The notes: generated from the sequence alone by a model not told the origin. Counted from the stretch's first letter, positions 43,406 to 58,799 are shown. The stretch is DNA of 64,000 bases from the human T2T-CHM13v2.0 reference genome, Homo sapiens (GCF_009914755.1 NC_060938.1); one strand, 5' to 3'. A program made the numbers and translations.

Positions 43406-45754
43406 GATATGCCTAGCTAAACAAGTTGACCTATTAAGGAAAGTTTTTTTTTTGTTTTGTTTTTTTTTGGACAAAGAATATGTACTGCAGCCTTTTAAAA
43501 CCTCAGGTCAACAAAGCTTAATGCACTGCTTCAAACGTATTTCAAATAAAGAGAAATAAGCATTGCAAATCTATGTTGCTTGATGCTTTTTATTTTCTCA
43601 AAAGCCAAAAATAATTAAACAATTAAACATTTAAAATAGTTAAAATAATAATGGGCATGCAACTAAAAATAATTTCTTTGTCCTAAAATAGAAAGGAGAA
43701 GTGATCTTTAAATTTACCAAAGAGGCAAATAGAACATTTCTTTGAAATTCTTTCTGTACTCCTCATAAATTCACTATCTACTTTTGATTCCATTCTGTAT
43801 TTTTATGTCTAATATATTTCTTTAGCTATGGAAGTGAAGAAAAACACCCACACAAAAACCCCACTAAGTTTCTAAATGTTATTTACTTTCCATGATAAAA
43901 ATAACCTATACAGATTTTTTAAATATACATTTATTCCTGGACACTATAGAAATTGTTTGGTTTGATTTCTTATTTAAAAAAATATTCTGCCTGTAATGGC
44001 ACCATTGCTAATGGGATCTTCACACTAATTCTATCCACACAAGGAGAAGAATGAAATGGAAAAAGTGACTTGGTGATTAGTAATTTGTAGCTCAATGTGA
44101 AATCTTTTGGCAGGATGTGTGTTCCTGTATCCCGTAAACAGAGTTAAAAGCTGCATTGTATTTACATCCAGAGGGAGCAAACTAATGTATTAGCACATTA
44201 TAATAGAGGGAAAGATGGAAATAAAGTGGCTAATGTTGGCAACTAAGAATCACAGAAATCAGAGAAGTGTCTGTTATACCTCGGTTTCTAGACTAATGAT
44301 TGTTGGATTTAGCTAATAATAGGCAAATTACTTGAAGATAGTAATAACTGAAGTTTGAAAGCAAATTCATCTACAGAATCCTTTTAAGCTCAAGTTACTT
44401 ACCAGTAAGTATAGCACATTATAAGTTTTGATACCCTGTCATTTCTTGTTATTAAAGATGTAAAGTGCTTGAAATCAATAGGACATATTGCTCTCATTAT
44501 GCTTCTAATTTGTGGCTAGAGATACCGATAGTATTACTATTAAAGCTATAATTATATTTACTTATTCATCATACTGTTGTATGTAGCTGAGAATAGGATG
44601 TATCTGAAACACGTAAAAATAAAATATGCAAATATAAAGTTAAATGTCACCATGACAAATGTATTGACTATTCTTCCTCAGACCCATAGCTCATGCTGTA
44701 TTGTAAATAAGGAAGCTCCATCATTGCTTGATTTGAGGAAGCATATTCAAGTGTTTTATTAGTTCCAACCCAGATGGAGGAATAGTGATGATACTAAATG
44801 AGCTCTTTCTTTTCCTTTAAAGCATGCAATTTCTCACATACAAAATCTTTCTCATTCTTCTGCTGTGCAGTCATTAGGGCTGTCCACAAATATTTGATTA
44901 CTGCTCTCGTTTTGGGGATAGGGTAGATTGGCCTTTCCCACCTCATGAAATTTACTCTTGATCATGTGCCTGGCATTGGCAAATAGAATATAAATAGAAG
45001 TGACAGGTGTCACGTACTAAAAAGAACTTTAAAGAATGAGTGCATACTTTTTCATTGGCAAAGGCCTTTTTTTTTTCTATGCCAGAGAAAGAAGGGAGTC
45101 TTGGGCTTAGGTCCTCTTTAATGGACAAAGACAACGTGGAGGAGAGCCCTTTCCAATCTTTGACGCACACAGCTTGAGTGAAAAATAAAGTTTTGTTGAT
45201 TTAATCCAATAATATATTAGTATTATCATCACAGCTTAGTGTAGTTTATCCTGAATGATTCATTTGGTTACATCAGATCGTTCAAATATCGTCCAAGAAC
45301 TTCTCAAAAGTCTCTCAGCACACCCTGCTCCTTTTGCCTCCTCTTCAATTACTCTTACCTTACCTTCTATTTTTTGAGCCAAATATATAAAATTATAACT
45401 ATAACACAATGCATATGAATTGTGCTAATAACAGACTGATGACCTAGTGGGGGGCATACCTTTGAAAAAGTCAGTAAACAGAGTTGGTACCCACCATCCA
45501 GAAAATATTTAAGTATTTTAAAAGACCACATCAGAATCTAAAGGGAGCTTTCTATATTGTTCTGTTTTCCTAATTAAATACTCTTTTCCTTAATGACCCG
45601 TGTTTAATATCAATAAGACTATATTTTTATCCCATTTGTGATTTTTTTTGTTGCTGTTTGAATAGCTAGAGTTAAAATAGCATGCTTATTATATACACAC
45701 AGTTTGAAAACATAGCATTTTTCTAATTATATAGTCATTCATTTGCAACCGATA

Positions 45755-46065
45755 ATTCTTTCAGAAATATTTATTATGTGCCTTCTACATTCCAAGCACT
45801 TGTCTAGGTTGCTGGAAATAAGGCAATAATCAAAATAGATACAATCCTGCTTGCATAGAATGCACATTCCAGTACAAGAGAGACAACATTAAATAAACAG
45901 GTATATAATATGCTAAGTGTTGATATGTGCTATGAGATAAAGCATATTAAGAGGGATATCTCCATGGCAAAAATGATGGAAAGAGAGGAATAGTTATTTT
46001 CATAAATATTGTTCAGGTGAAGTTACTCTGGAGAGTAACACTGAAGCCAACTCTTGAAGGAAAAG
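45755..46065 (-). mobile_element. L2a fragment
   Basis: aaatatttattatgtgcc...aagcacttgtctaggttgctggaaata...cctgcttgcatagaatgcacattc. Confidence 0.7.
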
Positions 46066-47779
46066 AGTTTGAAAATTCTGAAACTTTAGAAAGTCACAAA
46101 TAAACATATAAAATAAATTCAGAAAAGAAAAAATGTAAAATAAAATATAAATTACCCATTTTCAAACTAGGACTAAATATTTTTGATATTAATGTCATGG
46201 GTTTAAAAAATACAAATAAATATACCTACGTGTCTATTAATTCTATGTCATTAACAATTTTTTCATTTATATTAATATTTTATTTTAAAAGTCTGGAATG
46301 CATGCTAAACTATTAATACTGGATGATTCTTGAAGGTGGGATAATGAGAAAAAACTTTTGTATTGTGCTTTTTATATCTTTGTATTGCCTAATATTTTAA
46401 ATCAGAAAACTCATAAGGTTTTCAAATATTCTTCTGCAGGGTAATCATCAGTGGCTTTACAGCATTCTATTATACAGCTAATTAGCTAAAACAAAATTTA
46501 TTTTATTAAGCCACCATTATTGGATATTCAATCTTTCCAATTTTTGGTGAATAATATGATTTTTAATGATTTTCCTGAGAAATATATAATATACCAGCTA
46601 CATTATAAGCTAATTAGACTTTCATGGACTAGCCTGGTAATATATAGCTTTGCTTTCTATGGGTAAAATTGTATTGTGCATTCCAAACAATTTATATAAA
46701 GAGTAAGCTTTGGAGCTTAATCCATGGTTTAATTGTGTGCTTTCTCCACAATTAAGTAGTTTTACGACTTGAATCACTTTATACATTGCTTGCATATGGA
46801 TATTTCTTAACTTTTAGATGTTCTGGCCTACTTCAGACATATATGAAGCAACAAGTATGATTTTTTATTTTAACAGTTTGTAGCACTGAATCATCAATGA
46901 TAATTCAGACACCTAAACCACTTGCTGGAGGCAGAAAGGAGGAGGGGTAAACTGAAGCAGCACATCAGGTTAAGTCCATGACTGAGGAAATTAGATGATA
47001 TGCAAACCTCTTTGCCATCAGGGAGTTTAGCATGGTAACCAGCCCTCCACTCCCCAGCCCAGGCTTATTTGACTATTCATCTTTGTGTTCAAACACACCT
47101 GGAACTACTTTTAACCTGGAGCTATCACAGTACACTGAAATTGCTCTTTTCAATGTCTACCACTTATCTGCAAACTTCTTAAGACCAGAGGCTACATATT
47201 TTCTCTGGGAAATCATTACATGCTAGGTCAGTGTCCAGTGCATATCAGGTCCCTGGGAAATGTTTGCTGACCTGAAATAAGACCACCTAAGGGATGTCAC
47301 AGAAAACAATATTAACGCTGATGTTAGAATAATGTAAATGCCTACTGAGAGAAACGCAAAATTTGTGAGAAATAAAAGCGGAAAGAATGGCATTATTGGG
47401 CCTGGAAAATCCATTTTCAACACTCACATTGGAGTTCCCCAGAATTAGACAGGACAAGAGAGAGAGTGTTACACTGAAATAGTGTCAATGCTGCTACAAC
47501 ACTGAAAAAAATAGATTAAAAAATGTTTTTTTCTTCCAACAATAATATCTTAATTCCCTCCATGAAAAGTACTTTATACATCTTATATAAGAAAGATATA
47601 AATAAGAAAAAGTCATAAAGAGACTCTGGCTAACAACCTGAACCTTCCACTTTCTCCCTGACCCCCTTTTCACTATCCCAACCCCTTCTGTTTGGACAAG
47701 TTAAGGATGGTAACAACATCTAAAAAATCATTCCATGCAAATGGTGGGAACAAAATTGCTGACAGGTCTACAAAGTTAA

Positions 47780-48235
47780 TGTTAGAGCTTTTTTCTCCCA
47801 GTATATTATTATTCCACCTAAAGTAACCATGAGGACACAGCCCTCAGTTTTCCAAGTACCATAAAGTAATTGACTGACAGTCCTCAGTGCTATGGTCTGA
47901 AATTTATCACTGCATTTGCGCTGAGGTCATCCTTCCCGTGGACTACTCCCAGCCAATGCTGAATGTGGAAAGATACTAACACAGAAGCATTCCTGAAAGA
48001 TGGCAAATTATTCCAGGTGACTTTGGCTTGAGGACTCCCATTGACATTTCTCGACTTTTTTTAGATTGCAAAACAATTTAAAAAGGTTCTATCTAAGGTA
48101 CTTTCTTTTCTTCCCTTTTTTTCTTCTTTACTTGGGGTCAGACCTGCATTGTGATCTGATGGCTTTCTCAGTGTTTCTGCCTCTCTATTTTGTCCCAGGA
48201 ATTTCTCATAGTAACATTCTTGTACACTTAACCTG
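47780..48235 (+). mobile_element. LTR16-family ERVL LTR
   Basis: ctcccagccaatgctga and ggggtcagacctgcattgtgatctgatggct are characteristic of LTR16. Confidence 0.7.
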
Positions 48236-48424
48236 AACAATAAAACAATATATAACATAGACTGGTGCCATAATGCCTTAAAATGTATTTTATATGTATT
48301 ATCTATATCATGCATCTGTCTATCCACCCATTTATCCACCTGTTGTTTAAATGCGTTCATGAATAGATTGTAAGTATGTTGACAATGCCTGATTTATCCT
48401 GTGTGACACTTCTTCAGCCCTATA

Positions 48425-49192
<768 letters not shown>

Positions 49193-50204
49193 ATGCGGTG
49201 TGACGTGGTTTCACTGCTGCTGCTGGTGTTGGTTTTGTTGTGGCCACTGGCCTTTATGCTTCAAGTAATCTCTGCAACCCTGTTGCTAACACTCAACTCT
49301 CTCAGTTCAGCTTAGTGACTCCTAAGTCCTCATAATCAATCCCAATCACCTTTAGCTCTAGTGTAACTGATATTTGTTCTGTTCCTATACAGCATTTGGG
49401 AAGATGATCAGAAAGATATATGTTGTTCCTGAAATCATCAGGTGAATGATCCCATCATCCTACTTCCTTGCATGGACTCTCCAAACAGAAAGCACACCAG
49501 CAAGTTCATCTGGGCACAGTTTTCATCATATCCTCCTTTTCTTGCTCCTGATCTGGGGACTTATTAGTGGGAGAATAATGAAAGTGAATCCACAGGTATA
49601 AGAGAATTAGGCATTTGTGAGGCTGAGAAAATAGGCTCCTGGACCACATATAAGGGTTACTCTAGGCATCTAATTTTTCCAAACCAACACATTGTGGCAT
49701 CTTTCCAGTGCTGGGCACAACGCTTGCACAGAAAAGTACTGAGTGTTAAACTTACAAGGAGAAAAAAAGTGAATGCCATCCTACTGTACTCTTTATCTAT
49801 AATTAAATGTTTGTGTCAGCATCTATATTTCTGTAATTATATCATGGAAAAGTTCCTGTTATATAAAAGATATTAGGCTAGTTACTGAAATAACAAAGAA
49901 AGATAAAAGTCATTTTTTAAGTACCTGCAAAGGACAGGCACTGTCTTTGTTGCTTCCCAAACACTTGTTGTCTAAATTTCTAAGGACAATTTTTTTTGTA
50001 GCCAATATTATCCACATTTCATAACAAAAGACCTGATATCTGTGTCAGAACTTGAAAGACAAGTTCAAAGCTTAGTCTTCAAAACACGTGGCATTCTACC
50101 TTTATCCAGGTGGAATTAAGCATAATCCTTGCCCATTAGGAGCTTATCCTATTGTGTGGAATGATTCCAATGTCATGTGGTTTCAAAGCAATGTAAAAAG
50201 TTCC

Positions 50205-51115
50205 TTCATTCACCCCCTAACTCTGTACCTTCCCAATCTCCTTCATCTCAGTTAATGCCACCATTAGGCACTAGGTGTGAAAAGAGCCCATATTGATTTC
50301 TCTCTTTCTACCTTCAATTCCAATCCATCAGCACACTCTGCTGACTTTAGCTCTGAATCGTGTCATAAATATGACCACTACTCAACTTCCCCTTAAGACC
50401 ACCTCATTCTGAGTCACCATTATTATTCTGCTAGGATTACTATGACAGCCACTAAATTGATTTCTTGGGCTCAATCTTGCTTCCACTACAGCTCACTCTA
50501 CAAATAAGAGTGTAGTGATACTGCAGAAAATAAAACACACCATGCAACTCCCTTGCTTAACACATTCCATTGGCTTTTCATTGTCATCAGTATAAGGTCT
50601 TGATTCTTATCTTGGACAAAAGATGTCACAGAGTCTATCACGATGTCTCTTTTTTCTCCCTCTTTATGCCAGGTCTATGGCCTAGCCACAGTTGCTCACA
50701 ATCTGTGCGTCAAATCTGTTAAACATTTTCTTGCCTCAGGGAAAATCCACCTGTTTTTTGCTTTCCCTACACTATCTTTTCATAGGTTTACACATGGCTG
50801 GCTCTTACTTATCATCCCTGATTCCACTCATATATTACCTGCTCAGAAAGACCTTCATAAAAACTCAGCTAAGGTAATCCCCTAATGATTTGCAGTAAAA
50901 CTCTATCTCATAACCCATTTTATTATCTTCATAGAATTATCATTGAGTAAAACTAACTTACTTTTTGAACTTGCTTTTAAAAAGTTATCTATATTTTTGT
51001 ACTATAAATAATTTAAATTGTGCAAGAGCAGGTTTATCGTGTTACTTTTTGTTCCTCGATGCTTTACCTGTGTCTAGTATATAAAAAAATTTTAAAAATA
51101 TTTGATAAGTGTCTG
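50205..51115 (+). mobile_element. L2a
   Basis: catctcagttaatgccacc, ccaatccatcagca, ttccattggcttttcatt and the 3' end aaatatttgataagtg. Confidence 0.8.
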
Positions 51116-52354
51116 ACTGTTAAAATGTTATATAAGGAGAAATATAAGCAACTGACTGCCTGGGGGAATCAGTGGTGATTGAATATGCAAGCTTAGTCAC
51201 GAAGGCCTTATTCCTTCAACAAATACTTAGTAGGGGTCGACTATGCATCAAGAGCTACATTAGGAGGAAAGAGTTACTCAGCAGATCAAAGTATTTCACA
51301 TTTCAAACAATGTGGGAAGACTGTCATTAAAATGATAAGAATGGCTTTAACAGCAAGTACTATTAAAGTTCAGAAAAATGAAAGGATCATAGCACGCTAC
51401 AGTAACCAATAAATGCTTCCCTGGGAACTGAATGAGATACCCAGAAAGAATTGACTCAATAAGTGAAAGGAAGTGTATAGCAGTAAGAGTTAAAATTGGA
51501 AAGACTAGAGTACATGAATTTGGACTCAAGTCAACAATGTCTCAGCGAGGGCTAGGTAGTGCATGGTTTGTGCAGTAAAATAGGAGGAGATATAGTCAAA
51601 ATTCATTCTGAAGAGTCCATGGAAGCCTTTGAAGGAAAGATTTTCAAGGAGTCTCTCAATGTAGACTCAGGTGCACTTTAAACTCAGCCTCTTCAACTGT
51701 CAGAAGAAAGTCAGCATGTACCAATCTATTTTAAATTTAGTTTATTCCAACTATATTGAGAAGAATGAAAGGTTGATTTTTGGTCTTTGTTGGGTTAGAA
51801 GTTTTGAAAAAGCAATGGTAGAATCAGAATTAATTTCATAAAATTTCCTTTTGTATAAAAATTGAAAGTTTTTGCTTTTCTTTTGAGATAATGTGTGTGT
51901 GTGTGCTCACACACATAAGCAAAAACTGATCTTTATTCTTTCCCAAGTTTAGCTCCTCCAAAGGTAAATATAGAATTAGCTAGAACTGGCAAAGACATGT
52001 TAAACTATCTAGATAAAATGATAGAACTTATAAGTAAGATTTCTAATATGATAGGTATGTTAATCTTTTATGATGAGTGTAGGGAGAACTATTTTTTTGA
52101 AAGTTCTTGGCAGAGAAAAGAAATCTAGTGTCCTGACTACTAGTGACTTCATATCTCAGATAGAAATTGGAAGCTTCTGCATACTGAAGAATTTAATATA
52201 TTATTTTAAGCCTTAGTTTCTGCCAATTTAATACAGAGGTAGGCTGGCCAAATACTATATGTGCATGCATGTGTGTATATATATATACACACACACATAT
52301 ATGTATGTATGTATATATACACAGACATTTATATACATATGAGTATATGTATAT

Positions 52355-54530
52355 TGCATTAGTCCATTTTCACACTGCTATAAGGAACTGCCAGAGACTG
52401 GGCAATTTATAAAGAAAAGGGGTTTAATTGACTCACTGTTCTGCATGGCTGGGGAGGCCTCAGGAAACTTATAATCATGGTGGAAGGTGAAGGGGAAGCA
52501 AAGACCTTCTTCAAATGACAGCAGGAAAGAGAGAGCTACCAACAGCAGGGAAAACGGCCTTATAAAACCATCAGTTCTTATGAGAATTCACACACTATTA
52601 TGAGAACAGGATGGAGAAAACCACCCCCATGTTCCAATAACCTCCTACCAGGTCCCTCCCTCAACACGTGGGGATTATGGAGATTACAATTCAAGATGAG
52701 ATTCGAGTGGGGACACAGAGCCAGAGCATATCATTCCACCCTTGGCCCGTCCCATATCTCATGTGCTCACATTTCAAAACACAATCATGCCTTCCCAACA
52801 ATCCCCTAAAGCCTTAACTCACTCCAGCATTAAATTAAAAGTCCAGGTAAAAAGTCTCATCGAGACAAGGCAACTCCCTTCCACCTAGGAGCCTGTAAAA
52901 TCAAAATCAAGTCAGTTACTTCCAAGATACAATGTGAGGACAAGCATTAGATAAATGCTCTCATTCCAAATGGGAGAAATTGGCCAAAACAAAGGGGCTA
53001 TAGGCCCCATGCATGTCCAAAGTCTAGAGGGCCAGTCATTAAATCTTAAAGCTCCAATATAATCTCCTTTGAATCTATGTCTCACATCCAGGGCATGCTG
53101 ATGCAAAGGCTGGGCTCCCATGGCCTTAGGAAGATCTGCACCTGTTGAGTGTGGCTTTCCCAGGCTCATAGTGCAAGCTGTCGGTGGATCTGCCATTCTG
53201 GGGTCTGGAGGATGGTGGCCCTCTTCCCACAGCTCCACTAGGCAGTGCTCCATTGTGGACTCTGTATGGTGGCTCCAAACCCACTTTTCCCCTTTGCGCT
53301 GCCTAGCAGAGGTTCTCCATGAGGGTATCGCCCCTGCAGCAGACTTCTGCCTGGACATCCAGGTGTTTCCATATGTCTTCTAAAATCTAGGTGGAGGCTC
53401 CCAAACCTCAGTCCTTGACTTTTGTGCACTCACAGGCCCAATACCATGTGGAAGCTGCCAATGCTTGGGGCTTGCACCCTCTGAATCAATGGCCTGAGCT
53501 GTACCTTGGCCCTTTTTAGCCATGGCTGAGACCCAGGGCACCAAGTCCTGAGACTGCACAAAGCAGCAAGACCCTGGGCCCAGTCCATGAAATCATTTTT
53601 TTTCCTCCTAGGTTTCTGGAACAGTGATGGGAGGGGCTGCCATGAAGACTTCTGGCATGCCCTAAAGCCATTTTCCCCATTGTCATGGTGATTAACATTT
53701 GGCTTCTCTTTACTTATGCAAACCTCTGCAGCAGGCTTAGATTTATCCCCAGAAAATGAGTTTTTCTTTTCTATCTCATTGTCAGGCTGCAAATTTTACA
53801 AACTTTTATGCTCTACTTCCTTTTAAACTAAGTTCCAATTTCAGATAATCTCCATCAAGTTTAAGCTTCCACAGATCTCTAGGGCTGGGGCAAAATGACA
53901 CCAGTCATGTTGCTAAAGCATAGCAATAGTGATCTTTGCTCCAGTTCCCACCACTTCAGCCCAGATTTCATTGTCTATATCACCATCAGCATTTTGGTCA
54001 AAACCATTCAACAAGTCTCTAGGAAGTTCCAAACTTTCCCACATTTTTCTGTCTTCTGAGTCCTTCAAACTGTTCCAACTTCTGCCCGTTACCCAGTTTC
54101 AAAGTCACTTTCACACTTTTGGGTCTCTTTATACCTTGGTACCAATTTACTGTATTAGTCTGTTTACACACTGCTATAAAGAACTGTCTGAGACTGGGTA
54201 ATTTATTAAAAAAAAAAAAGAGGTTTAATTGACTCACAGTTCCACATGGCTCTGGGGAGGCCTCAGGAAACTTACAATCACGGTGGAAGGTAAAGGGAAA
54301 GCAAAGACCTTCTTCACATGGTGGGAGGAAAGAGAGAGCTAGCAAGACCGGGGAAAACTGCCTTATGAAAGCATCAGATCTTGTGAGAACTCACTATCAT
54401 GACAATAGCATGTGGGAAACTGCTCCCATGATCCAATTACCTCCCACTAGGTCTCTCCCTGGACACATGGAGATCATGGGGATTACAATTCTAAATGAGA
54501 TTTGGGTGGGGACATAGACAAACCATAATA
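52355..54530 (-). mobile_element. THE1D MaLR provirus (LTR 52355-52733, internal 52734-54150, LTR 54151-54530)
   Basis: Two direct LTRs flank a THE1-int sequence. PBS-like TGGTACC sits next to the right (5') LTR and a purine tract next to the left (3') LTR on the minus strand. TSD tatat. Confidence 0.95.
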
Positions 54531-55126
54531 TATATATTCATATATATACACACCCAAACATACATAATGTATGTAGTGTATATATACACACACTGCATGT
54601 TAACATGTATTCATCTATGCATTATATGTATAAAACAGAGATAGATAAATATAATAAAAAGCAAAGACATGAATGGGTGACTACAATTAGTCAACTTAAA
54701 AAAAATCTAAACTATTTAAAATGTATAGAGTTTAATTTTATATTTTTCTTTTTTATTTGTTTTTAATTTACTGTCCAGATTCAGTTACTAAAGAAAAAGT
54801 TAACTTTTTATAAATCTAAATATGTGAGAAAAAGTTATCATAATAGTTTATCTTCCAAACTGAGAAATATGAACATGTTAGCACTTTTCTGTGGGCTTGG
54901 CTTGTTTGCAAAAAAAAAAACAAGATCAGCATGTCCTTCCAGCTACATGCTCTTTACAAATATTTCTGGATTTCCTTTTAAGCTGCTAAACTGGCACAGA
55001 GGCCTGGGTATTTAGAACAGTTTTTGCTTTCTTCATCCAGACTCATGGTTTTAAATCCCTAGGACCAGCTCAAATATTGTTGATTTATTTATCTATTTCA
55101 GATAATGGTTTTTATGCAATATAATC

Positions 55127-55722
55127 TTTTTTTATTTTTTAACATTTATTTTAAGTTCATGCGTACATGAGCAGGATGTGCAGGTTTGTTGTATAGGTAA
55201 ATGTGTGTCATGGGGATTTGCCATGCAGATTATTTCATTGCCTGGATATTAAGCCTAGAATCCATTAGTTATTTTTCCTGATCTTTTTCTCCTCGCACCC
55301 TCCACTGTCCAAAAGGCCCTAGTGTGTGCCATTCTCTTCTATGTGTCCATGTTCTCTCATCATTTAGCCCCCACTTGTAAGGGAAAACATGCAGTATTTG
55401 GTTTTCTGTTCCTGCATTAGTTTGCTAAGAATAATGGTCTGCAGGTCCATCTATGTCTCTGAAAAGAACATGATCTTGTTCTTTTTTATGGCTGCATAGT
55501 ATTCCATGGTATGTATGTACCACCTTTTCTTTATCCAGTCCATCATTGATGGGCATTTGGGTTGAATCCATGTCTTTGTTATCGTGAATAGTGCTGCAAT
55601 GAACATATACATACACATGTCTTTATAACACAATGACTTATATTCCTTTGGGTATATAACCCAGTAATGGGATTACTATGTTGAATAGTATTTCTGTCTT
55701 TAGGTCTTTGAGAAATTGCCAC
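55127..55722 (-). mobile_element. L1PA (about L1PA12-15) 5'-truncated 3' end
   Basis: cagattatttcattgcctggatattaagcctag...; ORF 55451..55633 is the ORF2 C-terminus (MFIAALFTI...WYIHTMEYYAAIKKN). Confidence 0.93.
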
Positions 55723-56431
55723 AATATCTTCTACGATAATAAAAAAGAATGGGAAAACTAAAAATATAAGTGCTTTTAGAGAGAAAACATTATAAATAGA
55801 TTTAGAGAGTTATGCCAGAAATCATATCTACAAAGTAAAACTTGTAAATTATTTTTTCTATTCAAACCAATTTAATTTCAAGAAATGATTTGCTGTTGAT
55901 AATAAATGTCAACAATATTAAAAGAATAATTGTTAACCAAGGCTTTCTGTGACTAAGTTTAAAAAAATTCAAATGAATGACGTTTCTTTTTTCTGTTAGA
56001 TAACCTCAGTGCCCTCGAATGTCTATCAAATTCTAAAAAGGTTGGTGGCAAATGACTTAAGTGTTCCACCTGCCAATTAAATGAAATGAAATTTTCAGGA
56101 TGATATAATTTCTCTGGTTATAGGTTATCATAGCTGGGGAAACATCACATCAATGATATTGTCAACAGACTCAATTTGTGCTTTGTCAGCCATTTGTAGA
56201 AAGACAAAAGTGAAGAACTATAAAATAGATGAGATGAAATAGTGAGACACACAAGATCAAGTTCTCCATTCTACTGGCTCACACAAACCTCGGTTCTTCA
56301 TAAGAGAAGAGTACGATTCATACTCAGTAATCCGCAGATTAAAGGATTGAATGCTAAATAATAAAATGTTTAATGTATTTTGTTAGCATATATACTTTTC
56401 AGGCAGTGAGAAAGTTTTTAACAAGAATGAT

Positions 56432-56650
56432 AGGTATCAATTATTGAGTCTCTGAGCACTCTGTTGCCTGTATGTTCTCCCACATATTTAATCACATTTC
56501 ATAGTCTCAATAAGGAGATAGATGCTATTGTCCCCATCTTATGGATGAAGAGACTGAGTCAAAAATTGTTTGTCAGTGCTAAACAGTATAAGAATTCAAA
56601 CTTAGCTCTCACTAATGTCAAAAACAGTGTTCTTCCTGCTATACTACACA
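56432..56650 (-). mobile_element. MIR
   Basis: tattgtccccatcttatggatgaagagactgag is the reverse MIR core. Confidence 0.7.
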
Positions 56651-57692
56651 GCATCCACAGAAAGCACAAACAGTAGTAAAAAGTGAAAACTTAAGCTAAC
56701 TGCCCTCTAGATATTTCTCTCCAAAGCCAAGCTCTATATTAGGTTAGCAGGTCAACTAAATGTAGCTGTTTGAGAGTTAAGCACATATAAGCTGATACAA
56801 ACAGTAATGCCAGAAGTAGGGAAGTTTTTCATAGTGTAAATATTTTGTTTGTTGGTGAATAAAAAAATGATCGTTTATCTTGGGCAGAATCAACGAGTGA
56901 GCCGTTAGTAGGGTGGTATTGGAATCAGGATTCTTAACATTCAGAGAACAGTTTGAAAACTTGGCTCTTTGGCTCTTTTTTTTTTTGTATCATCAAAAAT
57001 AATATTTAAATAATTGTTAACATCCTACAACGTGACCTGTGAGGTATCTTTCTCTCTACGGTGTGAAGCATGACCAAATGGATCATATTTTAAGAAGGCA
57101 GAGTAGTCAGTTGAAGAAAAGATCTTAAATATTATTTTAATATATATGTTTATTCTCAATAATGTTAAATCCACATAATCCTACTGTATATCTTAAAGAA
57201 TGACATAAATGTTCGAGTTACGCAAATTTAGTTCTGAATGTTTTGTTTTTCATTTGACTTATGCTAGCCTCATGATAGGAACAGAGAAGAAATATGTTCT
57301 TCCCTGGGAAACTCCCGCAGTGTTATGAAAACATGAATATGGCAGAGGTTGTAAGTTAACTTTGAAAGTACGCAGATAAACTTTGAATTATTTATCTGTG
57401 AAATTCAAAACATGTGTGGGTAGCTGCTTGTTGGACAACTCCTCTAAATCTTCAGTACAGTATCACTGAGCACTGCCCTCGGTGATTTGGAGAAATTAAA
57501 AGGTAAGATTTCTGCTTACTGGAAATAAGTCATGAACTGGCTTTGCATGTCTCTATTTTGGTCTGGCATGCACATTTACTGGAAGGTCTAATAGTACCTC
57601 TGAAGAGATTCAGAATCAGGAAATGATGTAACATTATTTCCATTTCAGATATTGGCCTAAATGGCCTGATAATGATAACTTGCTGATGCCAT

Positions 57693-57738
57693 GAGAGAGA
57701 GAGAGAGTGTGTGTGTGTGTGTGTGTGCGCGCGCGCGC

Positions 57739-57769
<31 letters not shown>

Positions 57770-57770
57770 T
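57693..57770. repeat. Compound microsatellite (GA)7(GT)10(GC)6AT(GT)13
   Basis: Read directly from the sequence. Confidence 0.97.
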
Positions 57771-58799
57771 TACATCAGTACAGATTGCAAGGATACATCT
57801 ATGTATGTATTTCAGAATGCCATGGACCCCACATTACCTCTGTATGAGAAGGGGTGCAAAAAGCAACAACCTTTTGAAATATTTAAACAAGTTAGTAATT
57901 ATACATAGTTAAACTTTTTTAAAGTGGTTATTTTATTGATTTTAATGTTGATATTACAGTTTTTAAAATAGTTTGGTAAACAGAGATACAAAATTATGAA
58001 TACGGAGTTATAGTTGGTGATCCCCTTGCTTTTTAACTGGTCTCTTGGGCTGTGTAGTCACCATCTGGACTACATGAACAGTCAAGTGTGGGAATCTTCT
58101 TAACATGTAAAATATTCACCTGTCTTCTTAGGCCTATTTGGTGTAAACTGAGACTTTGCCCACCATCACTACTTTCTACAAGATAAAAATGTCTAGAATG
58201 AGCCAGACTCATAGATCTCTACATTTCTAAAGAGGTTACATCCTTTTGTTGTGTTTCCAGCAAAAGCTTAGGTTTGTACTTATGATCCTACTTCAATTTC
58301 TTTGAGCACTAGGCTCCTTATGACAGAACAGCTTGGGCAGAAATAATCAGCAAGCCACACCTCAAAGGTAAAAGAGCAGGACAAGGGAAGCCCAAGGCCA
58401 TTTCTTCTTGTGATCACATCTCAATCATTTTCTCCCACTGTCTTTCATTCATGAGTCAAATATCTGAAGATTGCTGATAAATTCTAGCAGAGTTCCCACT
58501 TGAATAATTTGCTCCAGAGAAAATCCGCATTGTTTAAAACTTCCCATCGAAGTCTAACCACCACCAACTTTGAATTTTATTGCAGATTTCTAAGTTCCTT
58601 CTCTTCACGGAGGACATGGTGTGCTTCAGCTTGCCATATGAGCTTTGGGGTATGGTAAAGTTGTGAAATTAGGACATGGAAAGAAGTACTAGACTTAAGA
58701 CTAAATGTTACGTTTACTATAAAATCTAGGTCTATTACATATATTCAATAACTTTCCTAAATTTCAGAGTACACTGCACATGATAATTCTGTTGGTCAT

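Noticed and set aside
28303-44393. Shared 16-mer atccttttaagctcaa at about 28303 and 44378
   Set aside because: About one such match is expected by chance in a window this size, and the flanks show little extension.
44191-44424. 13-bp direct repeat tagcacattataa, 221 bp apart, as a possible TSD
   Set aside because: There is no polyA tail or recognisable insert between the copies, and such a match is plausible by chance in AT-rich 64 kb.
52600-54345. Cluster of ORFs up to 148 aa
   Set aside because: All lie within the THE1D LTR or internal region and are fragmented MaLR relics or chance frames.
57306-57510. NF-kB-like GGGAAACTCC and a nearby donor AAG|GTAAGA
   Set aside because: Single short motifs are expected by chance and there is no supporting exon structure I can verify.
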